A stretch of DNA of 64,000 nucleotides from Gemmatimonadota bacterium (GCA_039591075.1 JBDHEI010000011.1:9933-73932), one strand, 5' to 3'; shown: positions 1 through 9,261, counted from the first letter of the stretch. The notes: generated by a model not told the origin, from the sequence alone. Program-made: numbers and translations.

Positions 1-251
1 CCCGGCCGCGTGACCAGCACGCCGAGCAGCTCGAGCTCCCTGTAGGCCCGCTGCACGGCGTTGGGATGGACGCTCAGATCGATGGCGAGCTGCCGGACCG
101 TCGGAAGCCGCTCACCGGTCTCAAGCGTGCCCGTCACCACCTCGAGCCAGATCCGGTCGACGACCTGGCGAAACAAGGGTTCGTCACTGCCCGGGTCCAG
201 ATAGACCGCCAGCCGTTGGGCGATCCCTGCGCGCTCGTCCGGCAACCGCAC
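1..251 (-). CDS. GntR-family transcriptional regulator, N-terminal winged-HTH portion (gene runs off the left edge of the window)
   Basis: My translation of the minus strand gives ...LFRQVVDRIWLEVVTGTLETGERLPTVRQLAIDLSVHPNAVQRAYRELELLGVLVTRPG, a typical GntR HTH signature. It is absent from the ORF track because it is truncated by the window. The start at in-frame GTG 251 is tentative. Confidence 0.6.
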   Translation of the reverse strand, partial: MRLPDERAGIAQRLAVYLDPGSDEPLFRQVVDRIWLEVVTGTLETGERLPTVRQLAIDLSVHPNAVQRAYRELELLGVLVTRP

Positions 252-376
252 CTCCCCGTGAGTCTAGGCAAGGATATGAACTCGTCCGGGCGAAGGCCAG
301 TCGGATGCCCGCCGGACTGGTCTCTCGGGGATGCTCCGAGCATCATTGAGCAGCAGACGCTCACAGGTGGACGTGC

Positions 377-919
377 ATGGAGCAGCAATCCAGACTCACC
401 GTGTCCGGAACGTTGAATGCCGCCGTCGCGCGGCTGGACTGGATCTCCGGTGTGGGTGCCCGGGCCGTCCGCGCTGCGGCAGTGGTCGCGGTTGGCGGAG
501 CCCTGGGCTGCTGGGCCCTCGTCTATCCGGGTCTGGGTGGGGTTCGCCCGCTCGTGTTTGCGCTCAGCCTCGCTCCTGCGGCTCTGCTGTGGTATTACGC
601 GCGAGCGCTGGATGCCGCCGTGACGGCCGTTCGGGTCCAGGATGCCTTCCGCGATCTCGTCGACAAGACCGCGAGTCAGGCGGGACAAGTGAAGGCGTCG
701 CTCCAGACCGGACGGTTCCGGCTAGTGCGCGGGGTGTTCCGTGCCCTGCGCGCCGCCCGCGCGCTGCGAAGCGATCTGGACACGCTCGGGGTGGACCTGG
801 CCAATTGGATGATCGTGAGTAACCCGATCTGGCTCGTGATCACGGCCGTGGCTGCCGGGAGCAGCGTACTCCTCGTGGTCGTTGCGCTCGCAGCGGGCAT
901 CCTGCGTCTCGTCTTCTGA
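377..919 (+). CDS. hypothetical membrane protein
   Basis: 180-aa ORF with hydrophobic segments (AAVVAVGGALGCWALVY, VFALSLAPAALLWYY, IWLVITAVAAGSSVLLVVVALAAGIL). Divergent from the GntR gene. No recognisable family. Confidence 0.45.
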   Translation: MEQQSRLTVSGTLNAAVARLDWISGVGARAVRAAAVVAVGGALGCWALVYPGLGGVRPLVFALSLAPAALLWYYARALDAAVTAVRVQDAFRDLVDKTASQAGQVKASLQTGRFRLVRGVFRALRAARALRSDLDTLGVDLANWMIVSNPIWLVITAVAAGSSVLLVVVALAAGILRLVF

Positions 920-948
920 ACAAACGGCGCCAACCCGAGGAAGCTGTC

Positions 949-1182
949 ATGGGCTACCGACGATTCACCGACCGTACCGGGCAAGTGTGGGAAGTGCGTG
1001 ACCGTACGAGAAACACGTGGCAGCTCGAGCCCGTGTCGGGCAACCCTGGCCGGAGCCTGACGGTGCCGGCTCCGGGATACGAGCAGGACCCGTTCGAGCT
1101 GAGCGAGGAGGAGTTGCAGCGGATGCTCGATGCGGCGCCGGGAGCTTCGTCTCGTCCGAAGAAATCGCCGTTCTCGGACTAG
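949..1182 (+). CDS. small hypothetical protein
   Basis: 77-aa ORF with non-biased composition (MGYRRFTDRTGQVWEVRDRTRNTWQLEP...ELSEEELQRMLD). Sits in a gap between neighbouring ORFs. Confidence 0.4.
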   Translation: MGYRRFTDRTGQVWEVRDRTRNTWQLEPVSGNPGRSLTVPAPGYEQDPFELSEEELQRMLDAAPGASSRPKKSPFSD

Positions 1183-1315
1183 ACGGTCCCCGGACGGCTC
1201 GGGGGGTTGCTTCCCGTCGCACGCCGTCGTATATGGGGAACAGATGGTGTCTTTCGGCCTGCGCAGGCGCCGCGGGATGCCCGTAGGATCGCAACCCACC
1301 AGGAGGTGGTGACTC

Positions 1316-1840
1316 GTGAGCCGTACCAAGTCCGTGCTGGTCATCGTGGGTGTCGCCATCGCCGGTTATGTCGGCGTGAACGCCTTCATGATCGGCGGGC
1401 ACCTGGTGCGTCACCGAGAGGATCGCACTGCCCTCAAGGCGCTCGCCGCGGGGCTGGAGACCGAACAGTCGCGGATCACCGCGCTCGAGCAGGAGTTGAG
1501 CAACCTCGAGCGCACCCTCGGGGACACCGAGAGAAACTCACAGCGGCTCCGCGAATGGATCGAGGACGTGGAGGCCCAGCACCCGCGTGGGATCCCGGCC
1601 GGCATGTACGACGAGTACACATCGGTGGTGGATCGCTACAATGGGCTCATCCGGGAGTACAACCAGAAAGCCGCGCAGCTCCAAGCGCTCCAGCCGCAGT
1701 ACGCCGCCACGGTGGACAGCTTCAACCTGCAAGTGGAGCGGGCGAACGCCCTGGTCCGCAAGATCGGGGACATCCCGCATCTACTTCCCATCGATCTTCC
1801 CCGACGCGTGAGCGGCGAGGTCACCCTCCCCACCAGGTAG
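1316..1840 (+). CDS. membrane-anchored coiled-coil protein (hypothetical)
   Basis: N-terminal TM helix (VLVIVGVAIAGYVGVNAFMIGG) followed by heptad-like helical sequence (ALEQELSNLERTLGDTERNSQRLREWIEDVE). Confidence 0.5.
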   Translation: MSRTKSVLVIVGVAIAGYVGVNAFMIGGHLVRHREDRTALKALAAGLETEQSRITALEQELSNLERTLGDTERNSQRLREWIEDVEAQHPRGIPAGMYDEYTSVVDRYNGLIREYNQKAAQLQALQPQYAATVDSFNLQVERANALVRKIGDIPHLLPIDLPRRVSGEVTLPTR

Positions 1841-1863
1841 CTCCGTCATTTAGGCCGGACGCT

Positions 1864-1885
1864 GCCGGCAAGCCCGCCGGCTTTC
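1864..1885 (+). terminator. possible weak intrinsic terminator
   Basis: GCCGGC-aagccc-GCCGGC hairpin followed by TTTCCC, 24 nt after the stop at 1840. Confidence 0.3.
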
Positions 1886-1958
1886 CCGATCATCCGGGCC
1901 CCCGGAGCGCTTGGGTTTCACAGTGAGACCTTGCGCGAGAGCGGGCGCGAGACCCAGC

Positions 1959-1994
1959 TTAGATGAAACAAATTCGGTTAGATGGAACAGATTC
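1959..1994 (+). promoter_or_regulatory. tandem 17-nt direct repeat in an AT-rich island upstream of the SusC-like gene
   Basis: TTAGATGAAACAAATTC (1959-1975), gg, TTAGATGGAACAGATTC (1978-1994): 15/17 identical with a 19-nt period. Locally AT-rich in a roughly 67% GC context. Followed by gaTAGGTTTGaag, which matches the FCB-type TAnnTTTG -7 motif. Confidence 0.35.
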
Positions 1995-2142
1995 CGTCGG
2001 ATAGGTTTGAAGGGACGCACGGCCTCCCTTGGGGTGTACGGTCCGGAGGTCGTGTCGAGGCGGCATCAAACGGCTGTTGCATAGGTGGCCGGCTGCGCGC
2101 GGTGCCGTTGCATTTCGCACCACTTCACAAAGGAGGTCTGGC

Positions 2143-5100
2143 ATGCATCTCTCTCACCGACTGAGAGCGTGGTTGGCGATTGCCGCCAGCGCGCTTCTCC
2201 TCACGGCGGCGGGTACTGAAGCCGCGTGGGCGCAATTGGGCGGGACCATCCGTGGCACGGTCACGGATGTCGCGACGCTGCGGCCGCTCAGCAGCGCGCG
2301 GGTGATCCTGGTGGGTCAAAACATGGAGGCCAGGACCAACGACGCCGGGAGCTTCGAGTTCCGCAACCTGCCGCAGGGGCAGTACACGGTCCGCGTCATG
2401 TTCATCGGGTACTCCCGAATGGACCAAGCGGTGACCGTGACGACCGGGCAAGTGGCGGTTGTGGACGTGTCCATGACGCGCGCCCCCGTTCAACTGGACG
2501 AGATGGTGGTGACGGGCACGGCCGGCAGGACGGAGATTCGTGAAATCGGGAACTCGGTAACCAGACTGGACGTCGGTAACCTCTCCGAGGTCGCACCGAT
2601 CGCCAACCTGAACGAGTTGCTCAACGCGCGGTCGCCGGGTCTCACGATGTACAAGAACTCGGGGCTCGCGGGAACGGCGTCCAACGTCAAGATCCGTGGC
2701 GCCGGGTCGCTCAACGCGGGATACGTCCCGGTCTACTACATCGACGGGATCCGCTTCGAGTCGGGGAACATCGCGACCTTAGGATCAACGAACTCCACGA
2801 TCCAGAACCGCAGCCCCTTGGAGTTCCTCAATCCGGCAGACATCGAGCGGATCGAGGTGATCAAGGGACCGGCCGCCGCGACACTGTACGGCGCCGACGC
2901 TGCGGGCGGTGTGATCCAGATTATCACCAAGAAGGGCACGCGGGGCGCGGCTCAGGTCCAGTGGTCGGCGGGCTTCGAGTACGGCCAGTCGTCGTGGGTT
3001 GGAGAAACGCCCACCACCTATTACCGGTGCACGGCCACCCGGCGGGCGAACACGTCCGGCAATTACCCCGGCTGCGAGGATCCGAGCTCGGTGGTGTGGG
3101 AAGGTCCGAACGGCCCGGTCACGGGTATCCCCGAAGCAGACATCCTGCGCGATGCCGCGTGGGGTGAAGACTTCGTGATCACCGACAACCCGCTCGCCCG
3201 CCATCCGCGGGGCATCCGCGCCGGTGACGTCTATGATTTCAGGATGTCGGCGCGAGGCGGTGAGCAGCTGTTCAATTACTATCTCTCGTTCAATCGCATG
3301 GACGAAGAGGGAGTGTTCAACAACAATTTCCAGGAACGCACCGGCGGACGGGCCAACTTCGAGTTCACGCCGACTGCCAAGCTCAACCTAGGGTTGAACT
3401 TCGGTTACACGCGCAACAAGCTGGGCATGCCGTTGAGCGACAACGCCTCGAATGGCCTGCTGCGCAACGCGTACCGAGGGCGCGCTCGCGCGTTCAACGA
3501 TAGGTGGGAACCGGGATTCCATGGGTTCGGCCCGGATCAGAGCAACGAGTTCGACACGACCATCCGGGAGGAGCGCACCACGATTGGCCTGACCGCCAAC
3601 TTCGATCCGTGGTCGTGGTTCGAGAACCGCCTCGTGGTCGGGATGGACAAGTACGACGTGCGGGAGACCAATTTCTACCAGATCGACTCCACCCAGAAGT
3701 GGGGTGCCACCAACGGAACCGGGTCGATCACGCAGCGACTGCCAGTGACCCATACCTGGACTGTGGATTACTCGGGTTCGATCCGTGCCCGGCTGTCGTC
3801 GGAGTTCACGTCCCGGTTCTCGGGTGGCATGCAGCTCAACGCGCGCCAATATCGGCGGTACACGGTCAATGGTGACGGTCTTGTGGCCAACGCGGTGAAC
3901 CTGATTGGCACGGCGGCCAACACCGACGCCAGTGAGGGGTTCGTGGAGCAGACGTCGCTGGGATTCTTCGTGCAGGAACAGATCGGCTGGCGGGACCGCC
4001 TGTTTGTGACGGGTGCCGTGCGGATCGACGACAACTCGGCATTCGGATCGGCATTCTCGCTGGTCGCCTATCCCAAGTTCTCGATCGCCTACGTTATTTC
4101 AGACGAGGACTTCTTCAACCTGCCATCGGTTGACGAGATGAAGCTCCGTTTTGCCTGGGGGCAGGCGGGGAACGCGCCGGCGCCGTTTTCGGCGGACCGC
4201 ACGGTGTCGACCGACATCGTCGTCGTGGACGACGCCAGCGCGAATGCGCTCAGGCCTTCGGAGTTCGGCAACCCCGATCTCAAGGCTGAGACTGGAAGCG
4301 AGTGGGAGCTCGGATTCGACGCGTCAGTGTTCCGTGGCGTGCTGGGGCTCGAGGTGACCTACTACAACCAGGTCACGAATGACGCGCTGATGGAAATCCC
4401 GGACGCACCGTCGAGCGGATTCAACGGCACCCACCTCACGAACATCGGGAAGATCTCGAACAAGGGCTTTGAGGTCCTGGCGACCGCGAGCCCGGTGCGG
4501 AGTCCCAGCTTTACGTGGGACCTGACGGCGGCCTTCTCGACTAACAGCAACGAGTTGGTGTCGTTCGGTGGCACCCGCGACGAGGTCATCTTTGGAGCGT
4601 TCGCGGACGTGCAGCGGCACCGCGAGGGCTACCCGCTCGGCGCGATGTGGTCGAGGGATGTCCTGCGCGATGCGAGCGGTGTGCCGATCCTGGATGGCAA
4701 CGGCAACGCCACATTGGACACCGAGTGCGCGTGGCCAGATACGGACGACCCCGACGGTCGGGGTGGCAGTTGCCACGAGCAATACGAAGGCCCGTCCTCG
4801 CCCACTCGGGAGTTCGGACTGTCGAACACGTTTACGATTTTCGGTAACCTGCGGCTCTTCGCGCAGCTCGACTATAAAGGCGGACACTACCAGTACTGCG
4901 CGATTTGCGAGATCAGAAACCGGTCCAACCAGAACACCTGGGAGGTGGCCAATCCCGGGGCAGATCCGGTCGACCTCGCGTTCTACGAGACGCGGCAGAC
5001 GATCACGACGATCATGCAGGCGGACTTCCTGAAGCTGCGCGAGATCTCGCTGAGCTACACGATTCCGTCGAGCGTCGGTGGGCCGTTCGCCGCCGGCCGG

Positions 5101-5289
5101 TGGAGTGTCACCCTTTCCGCCAGGAACCTGTGGACGACGACCAAGTACAACGGCCCCGGCGATCCGGAGGTGCTGTGGTCACGGTCCACGACGGACGGTG
5201 GCGGCACGAACAATCGGTTCGAGGTGCTGGACTATGCCTCGGTCCCGCCGCCGAAGCGCCTGACCGCGGCAATCAACGTGAACTTCTAA
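2143..5289 (+). CDS. SusC/RagA-like TonB-dependent outer-membrane receptor
   Basis: ATG 2143 is preceded by AAAGGAGG. Signal peptide MHLSHRLRAWLAIAASALLLTAAGTEAAWAQ. CarboxypepD_reg-like N-terminus (IRGTVTDV...GQYTVRVMFIGY). Plug region (LDEMVVTGTAGRTEIREIGNSV...IERIEVIKGPAAATLYGADAAGGVIQIITKKG). Long barrel ending in NVNF. A SusD-like gene follows 15 nt downstream. The track start at 2029 is judged an upstream extension. Confidence 0.9.
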   Translation: MHLSHRLRAWLAIAASALLLTAAGTEAAWAQLGGTIRGTVTDVATLRPLSSARVILVGQNMEARTNDAGSFEFRNLPQGQYTVRVMFIGYSRMDQAVTVTTGQVAVVDVSMTRAPVQLDEMVVTGTAGRTEIREIGNSVTRLDVGNLSEVAPIANLNELLNARSPGLTMYKNSGLAGTASNVKIRGAGSLNAGYVPVYYIDGIRFESGNIATLGSTNSTIQNRSPLEFLNPADIERIEVIKGPAAATLYGADAAGGVIQIITKKGTRGAAQVQWSAGFEYGQSSWVGETPTTYYRCTATRRANTSGNYPGCEDPSSVVWEGPNGPVTGIPEADILRDAAWGEDFVITDNPLARHPRGIRAGDVYDFRMSARGGEQLFNYYLSFNRMDEEGVFNNNFQERTGGRANFEFTPTAKLNLGLNFGYTRNKLGMPLSDNASNGLLRNAYRGRARAFNDRWEPGFHGFGPDQSNEFDTTIREERTTIGLTANFDPWSWFENRLVVGMDKYDVRETNFYQIDSTQKWGATNGTGSITQRLPVTHTWTVDYSGSIRARLSSEFTSRFSGGMQLNARQYRRYTVNGDGLVANAVNLIGTAANTDASEGFVEQTSLGFFVQEQIGWRDRLFVTGAVRIDDNSAFGSAFSLVAYPKFSIAYVISDEDFFNLPSVDEMKLRFAWGQAGNAPAPFSADRTVSTDIVVVDDASANALRPSEFGNPDLKAETGSEWELGFDASVFRGVLGLEVTYYNQVTNDALMEIPDAPSSGFNGTHLTNIGKISNKGFEVLATASPVRSPSFTWDLTAAFSTNSNELVSFGGTRDEVIFGAFADVQRHREGYPLGAMWSRDVLRDASGVPILDGNGNATLDTECAWPDTDDPDGRGGSCHEQYEGPSSPTREFGLSNTFTIFGNLRLFAQLDYKGGHYQYCAICEIRNRSNQNTWEVANPGADPVDLAFYETRQTITTIMQADFLKLREISLSYTIPSSVGGPFAAGRWSVTLSARNLWTTTKYNGPGDPEVLWSRSTTDGGGTNNRFEVLDYASVPPPKRLTAAINVNF

Positions 5290-5303
5290 CGGAGGACGGC
5301 ATC

Positions 5304-6755
5304 ATGCGAAATAGCACGATCGCACGATTGGCGGGGATGCTCGCCGTGGCATTCCTTTTGATGCCACTCTCCGCCTGTGATGAGATCCTGAACGTCAATA
5401 ACCCGGCCGAGATCGGTGTGGACGACTTGACCACGACCGAGTTGTTGGACGCTCAGGTGAATGGCGTGCTCGCCGCCGTTGCTGAACAGATGTCCGGCGA
5501 CGAGGAAGCGAATACGCAGGCGCTTGCCTTTATGACGGACGAACAGTTGACGGGACTCAACTGGGAAGACTGGCAACGCAACAACCAACGAATCGTCAAC
5601 TACAACGAAGGTCCCGTGGGCCAAATCTGGTCCAATATGAGCGAAGTCATCCGCAACGGGGTCAGCGCGTTGGAGAAACTCGACTCGCTGGTGACCGATC
5701 CGGGCAGCGACGCACGGGTCGCACTCGTCTCGGCGATGGTCGGATACGGCTACGTCTGGATAGGTGAGGCGTTCTGCCAGGCCGTGTTCGCCACTACCCC
5801 GGATAGTCTCGGCACAACGCTATATGGGCCGGCGGAGATCATGGCGTTTGCGATCCCTCACTTCCAGCGTGCGCTGACTGTCGGGGCGGCAGCCGGCAGA
5901 GCCGACCTCGTAGACCTTGCGAACGTCGGGTTGGCGCGTGCCTACCTCAGCATCGGTGACCTGGCCAACACCATCACCTACGCGGGGGCAGTCAGCCCCG
6001 GATTCGAGCGCTGGGTCGAGTACTCCGATGCGGACGCCGCGCTGGACAACAACCTGTTCAACGAGGTCCACGGGTCGAACCACACGGTCGGCATGTCGCC
6101 CTGGTTCCTGCAGGGAACGTACGGGGACAACGATATCATCGACACGCAGACCGATCCCCGGATTCAGCACGCGTCGAATTTCTCCACCGGCCATGACGCC
6201 TCAACCCTGCTGTACAAGCCGTACCAGGGACTTCGGTTCAGCGGGTACACCGGTGAGACCCTGGCCCCGCCCTCGGCGGCGTGTCCCAACTGCACGGGTG
6301 CCAACGAAGGGGATGGGGACGACGGCGACGTTTTGCTGTTTCAAAGAGGCTCGGACGTCCTGTTGGCTGACTACGTGGAAGCCCAGCATCACATGTACGA
6401 GGCGATGGCGCGTCAGGGCGGGAACGACGCGGCAATCAACGCGTTCGTGAACGCCCGGCGGGCCGTGGGGAACGAAGCTCCCGTGACCCTCACCGGGAGC
6501 GCCCTCTTCGACGAGTTGCGGCGTCAGCGCGGACGGGACCTGTTCATGGGTGGGTTCCGGCTCGGCGACCTCCGTCGCTGGAGCCGCGAAGGCATCGGGG
6601 ACTTCTTTCCTTCGGGTGCGCATCCGAATCCCGATCGCCCACCGGCGGTCTACGGTCCCTGGACCTGCTTCCCGTTGCCGCTGAGTGAGTATGAGGGCAA
6701 CGAACAACTGCAGAAGCCCGCTGACCCGTTCACGCCGCCGGCAGGCATCATCTGA
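5304..6755 (+). CDS. SusD/RagB-like outer-membrane lipoprotein
   Basis: ATG 5304 follows GGAGGA. Lipoprotein signal with lipobox (LLMPLSAC). C-terminal RagB/SusD-type segment (FDELRRQRGRDLFMGGFRLGDLRRW). Placed directly after the SusC-like gene. The track ORF start at 4905 lies inside the SusC-like gene. Confidence 0.8.
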   Translation: MRNSTIARLAGMLAVAFLLMPLSACDEILNVNNPAEIGVDDLTTTELLDAQVNGVLAAVAEQMSGDEEANTQALAFMTDEQLTGLNWEDWQRNNQRIVNYNEGPVGQIWSNMSEVIRNGVSALEKLDSLVTDPGSDARVALVSAMVGYGYVWIGEAFCQAVFATTPDSLGTTLYGPAEIMAFAIPHFQRALTVGAAAGRADLVDLANVGLARAYLSIGDLANTITYAGAVSPGFERWVEYSDADAALDNNLFNEVHGSNHTVGMSPWFLQGTYGDNDIIDTQTDPRIQHASNFSTGHDASTLLYKPYQGLRFSGYTGETLAPPSAACPNCTGANEGDGDDGDVLLFQRGSDVLLADYVEAQHHMYEAMARQGGNDAAINAFVNARRAVGNEAPVTLTGSALFDELRRQRGRDLFMGGFRLGDLRRWSREGIGDFFPSGAHPNPDRPPAVYGPWTCFPLPLSEYEGNEQLQKPADPFTPPAGII

Positions 6756-6953
6756 CGGCGTAGCGGACTGCGGCACATTGATGGGTGGGAGGCGCGTCCA
6801 GCGTCTCCCACTTCTCTTTTGCGCGGCGACGTGACAGCCGCTTGCGCTGGCACCCAGCCGACCGGTACGCTTGAAAGAGAGATGTCGCGTCGGGGGCTCC
6901 GTGAAAGCCGATACGCCCGAGTTCACGCTATGTGTCACCTTGGAGGCTCGCGA

Positions 6954-7814
6954 GTGAGCATCTCGCGGGTCATGATGGTCGTGCTCGTCGTTGTAGGGAT
7001 GAGTCGCGCCGCGGAAGGGCAGGTGGTGAGTGGTCGCTTGCTGGACGTCGAGACTAACGAGCCCATTGCCGGCGGGGTGTTGACGCTGGTGCCGGAGGAT
7101 GGACGTCGGGTGGTCTCGGTGGTCACCGGCGAGGATGGCTCCTATCGCCTCGAGGCACCTGGGCCCGGTCGGTATTTCGTGGAGGCACGCCGGTTGGGGT
7201 ATCGAGCCTGGATCGACGGGCCAATCGAGCTTGGCCCTGGCGACGATTGGGAATCGGAGTACCACTTGGTGGCGCTCCCCGTGCAGCTCGACCCGGTAGA
7301 GGTGACAGTACCGGCCACCGTCTACGAGGCGCTGCTCGAGCGCGTGGGCTTCTACGAGCGACAGAAGACAGACTTCGGACACTTCATCACGCGCGATGAG
7401 ATCGAGCGCCGCGCACCGCGGCGGGTGACCGATCTACTGTCAGCCGTGCCCGGCGTGAGACTCATTCCTTCCTCCGGCGGGCTCAGCCGCTCCAGCGTCG
7501 GCCTCCGTGGGTCGATCCTGTCGCAGGGCGGGCCGTGCCACCCACGGGTGTTCGTGGACGGGCTCTTAGTGATCTTGGGGGACGCTCGGGTGCGTGGGAC
7601 GGACGTGTACGGGTTTCCGGAACAGGAGACCGAGGCAAACGCCGCTGCCGACCCCGCCGAACGCTCGGAAATTGCTCTGGATGATTTCGTCGAACCCAAC
7701 GACGTCGAAGCCGTTGAGGTATACCGCCGCGCGTCCGAAGTCCCGGTCCAGTTCGGCGGCATGAGCACAGCCACGCAGTGCGGCGTCATCGTCATCTGGA
7801 CCCGACGCGGATAA
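6954..7814 (+). CDS. CarboxypepD_reg-like + TonB-receptor plug domain protein (no barrel)
   Basis: GTG 6954 follows GGAGG. Signal-like start (VSISRVMMVVLVVVGMSRAAEGQ). CarboxypepD_reg-like segment (VVSGRLLDVETNEPIAGGVLTLVPEDG...GRYFVEARRLGY). Plug-like segment (LDPVEVTV...ITRDEIERRAPRRVTDLLSAVPGVRL...VEAVEVYRRASEVPVQFGG...CGVIVIWTRRG). About 286 aa, too short to include a 22-strand barrel. Confidence 0.7.
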   Translation: MSISRVMMVVLVVVGMSRAAEGQVVSGRLLDVETNEPIAGGVLTLVPEDGRRVVSVVTGEDGSYRLEAPGPGRYFVEARRLGYRAWIDGPIELGPGDDWESEYHLVALPVQLDPVEVTVPATVYEALLERVGFYERQKTDFGHFITRDEIERRAPRRVTDLLSAVPGVRLIPSSGGLSRSSVGLRGSILSQGGPCHPRVFVDGLLVILGDARVRGTDVYGFPEQETEANAAADPAERSEIALDDFVEPNDVEAVEVYRRASEVPVQFGGMSTATQCGVIVIWTRRG

Positions 7815-7824
7815 CGGGGATGCT

Positions 7825-7852
7825 GTGAGCGGTAAGCGGTGAGCGGTGAGCG
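7825..7852 (+). repeat. heptanucleotide tandem repeat (GTGAGCG x4, one unit GTAAGCG) spanning the start of the next gene
   Basis: gtgagcg gtaagcg gtgagcg gtgagcg read directly at 7825-7852. The third unit supplies the GTG start at 7839. Confidence 0.8.
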
Positions 7853-8786
7853 AGGGTATGGCACGGTTGTGGTGTTGGCGCTCGTCGTGGCCGGTGCCGC
7901 ACCTTGGGTCTCTCCCCTACATGCACAAACGGCCTACAAGGCGGCGAATGCCCCGACGTCCGTCGTACCGCGCAGTTCGGGCTTCATCCACGCCGACTTC
8001 GCCGAGGCGCGGCTCACCGTCCACTACGTGCATGAATTCCTTGGTGCTGGGATTGGGCTCGCACCATACGCAGGAGCGGCCGCCCGCAAAGGACAGGTCG
8101 ACCTGTTCTCGGCGTTTGATTTCAACCCCGGGTTCGAGGCGGGGGTCCTGGGATTCGCGAGCCTAGGGGGTGGCACGGGATCGCTCAACGTGGTGTCGTT
8201 CGCCGTCGGGTATCAACGTACCGAGCGCAAGGTCATCGAGTTCAGTGACGATTCTTCCACCGTGAGCTTCTCGGAGCCGGCGCAGTCGGATCTGATGATC
8301 TCGACTGGGCTGAATGTGGTGATGAGATCCAACGCCGTGATCGGACTGGGCGGCTCGCTACGGCGCGAATGGTCGAGCCCCGGTGTGACGGACGCTGTGG
8401 AGGTCTGTGTGGCGGTGAGTGGTCCGGGCGCGCTCAACGTTCCCCTGTGCTCCGACCGGTACGCCGTACCGCTCGCCGACTATTGGGCGGGACAGGTGCG
8501 GGCCGATCTCCTGTGGAACGCGCGGCGGCTCAGCACGGCGCGCAGCCAGCCGCACCTGGCGGCGCTGGGCAGTGTGGCCCTGGATCTCGGCCAGGACGCC
8601 GATCCCAGACTCAATGTGGGGATCGGAATCGGCGTCACGCCCGCCCAGTATCCGGGGCATCTCATTGTGGCCCTGTTCTTCGAGTTGTACGATGTGTTGG
8701 ACGCCGGTGGCATCCAGCCGAGTTTCGCCGACCAATTCGTGACTCGCGTTGTGCTTGGCGTTCCGTTCGACCTGTTGGTGAACTAG
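7839..8786 (+). CDS. secreted / outer-membrane hypothetical protein
   Basis: Signal peptide (VVVLALVVAGAAPWVSPLHAQ). Gly/Ser/Ala-rich alternating pattern suggests beta-strands. No family recognised. GTG 7839 is the first in-frame start after a TAA. Confidence 0.5.
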   Translation: MSGERGYGTVVVLALVVAGAAPWVSPLHAQTAYKAANAPTSVVPRSSGFIHADFAEARLTVHYVHEFLGAGIGLAPYAGAAARKGQVDLFSAFDFNPGFEAGVLGFASLGGGTGSLNVVSFAVGYQRTERKVIEFSDDSSTVSFSEPAQSDLMISTGLNVVMRSNAVIGLGGSLRREWSSPGVTDAVEVCVAVSGPGALNVPLCSDRYAVPLADYWAGQVRADLLWNARRLSTARSQPHLAALGSVALDLGQDADPRLNVGIGIGVTPAQYPGHLIVALFFELYDVLDAGGIQPSFADQFVTRVVLGVPFDLLVN

Positions 8787-8859
8787 CAGGCAGGCTAGGT
8801 AGGTCCGTGCTGTCGCCGCGGTCGTCGCTTCGGCGCAACCGACACTCGAGGAGAGAGCG

Positions 8860-9261
8860 ATGGGCAGACAGGTGGTGATGCTGACGACACTCGCGACGGC
8901 CGTCCTGGTCGCCGCGGCGTGCGGGGGAGCGCGGGAAGTACAGGTCCGACGGGCGGTGGCCCCAACCGTAGCGGACAGCATCTACGTGCAATTGGCCAAC
9001 GACCACTTCAACGACGCGAGAGTGTACGCCCTGTACGAAGGTGGTGCCCGGTATCCCCTTGGGCTCGTGATCGGAAAGGGGAGCGTGCAGGAAGCCGCCC
9101 TCTTGTGGCAGCCCCGCCCGCTCGTCTTCGAGATCAGCTTCATCGCCGAGGACGGAGTGTATCTGACGGAAGAGCTCATGCTGGAGCCGGGCGATCTGAT
9201 CCAGCTCAACATCCCGCCCAACATCAGCTCGTCGGCGTTCTTCCGCCGGGTGTCCGACTAG
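8860..9261 (+). CDS. lipoprotein (hypothetical)
   Basis: Lipobox LVAAAC in MGRQVVMLTTLATAVLVAAACGG. 133 aa. Confidence 0.5.
   Translation: MGRQVVMLTTLATAVLVAAACGGAREVQVRRAVAPTVADSIYVQLANDHFNDARVYALYEGGARYPLGLVIGKGSVQEAALLWQPRPLVFEISFIAEDGVYLTEELMLEPGDLIQLNIPPNISSSAFFRRVSD

Noticed and set aside
2029-2142. Upstream extensions of track ORFs, e.g. 2029 for the SusC-like gene, 4905 for the SusD-like gene, 10927 for the M1 peptidase, 15369 for the DASS transporter, 29419 for the activator, 27652 for ompA, 54347 for cusA, 55647 for cusB, 47030 for the PAS protein, 51135 for the lipoprotein.
   Set aside because: An internal start codon preceded by a Shine-Dalgarno-like sequence gives a proper signal peptide, lipobox or domain N-terminus. 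The extensions also overlap neighbouring genes.
6201-7382. 393-aa minus-strand ORF. The same class includes many other long ORFs, e.g. 9224-10804(-), 11206-12945(-), 13514-14662(-), 15568-16650(-), 16368-17498(+), 19230-20300(-), 42174-43142(+), 42651-43982(-), 51585-52730(+), 52183-54078(-), 53791-55104(+), 57384-58265(-), 59933-60832(-), 61504-62373(-).
   Set aside because: They lie antisense to, or frame-shifted within, ORFs that carry clear domain signatures. Their translations are Arg/Pro/Gly/His-rich low-complexity sequence, which is typical of spurious open frames in high-GC DNA.
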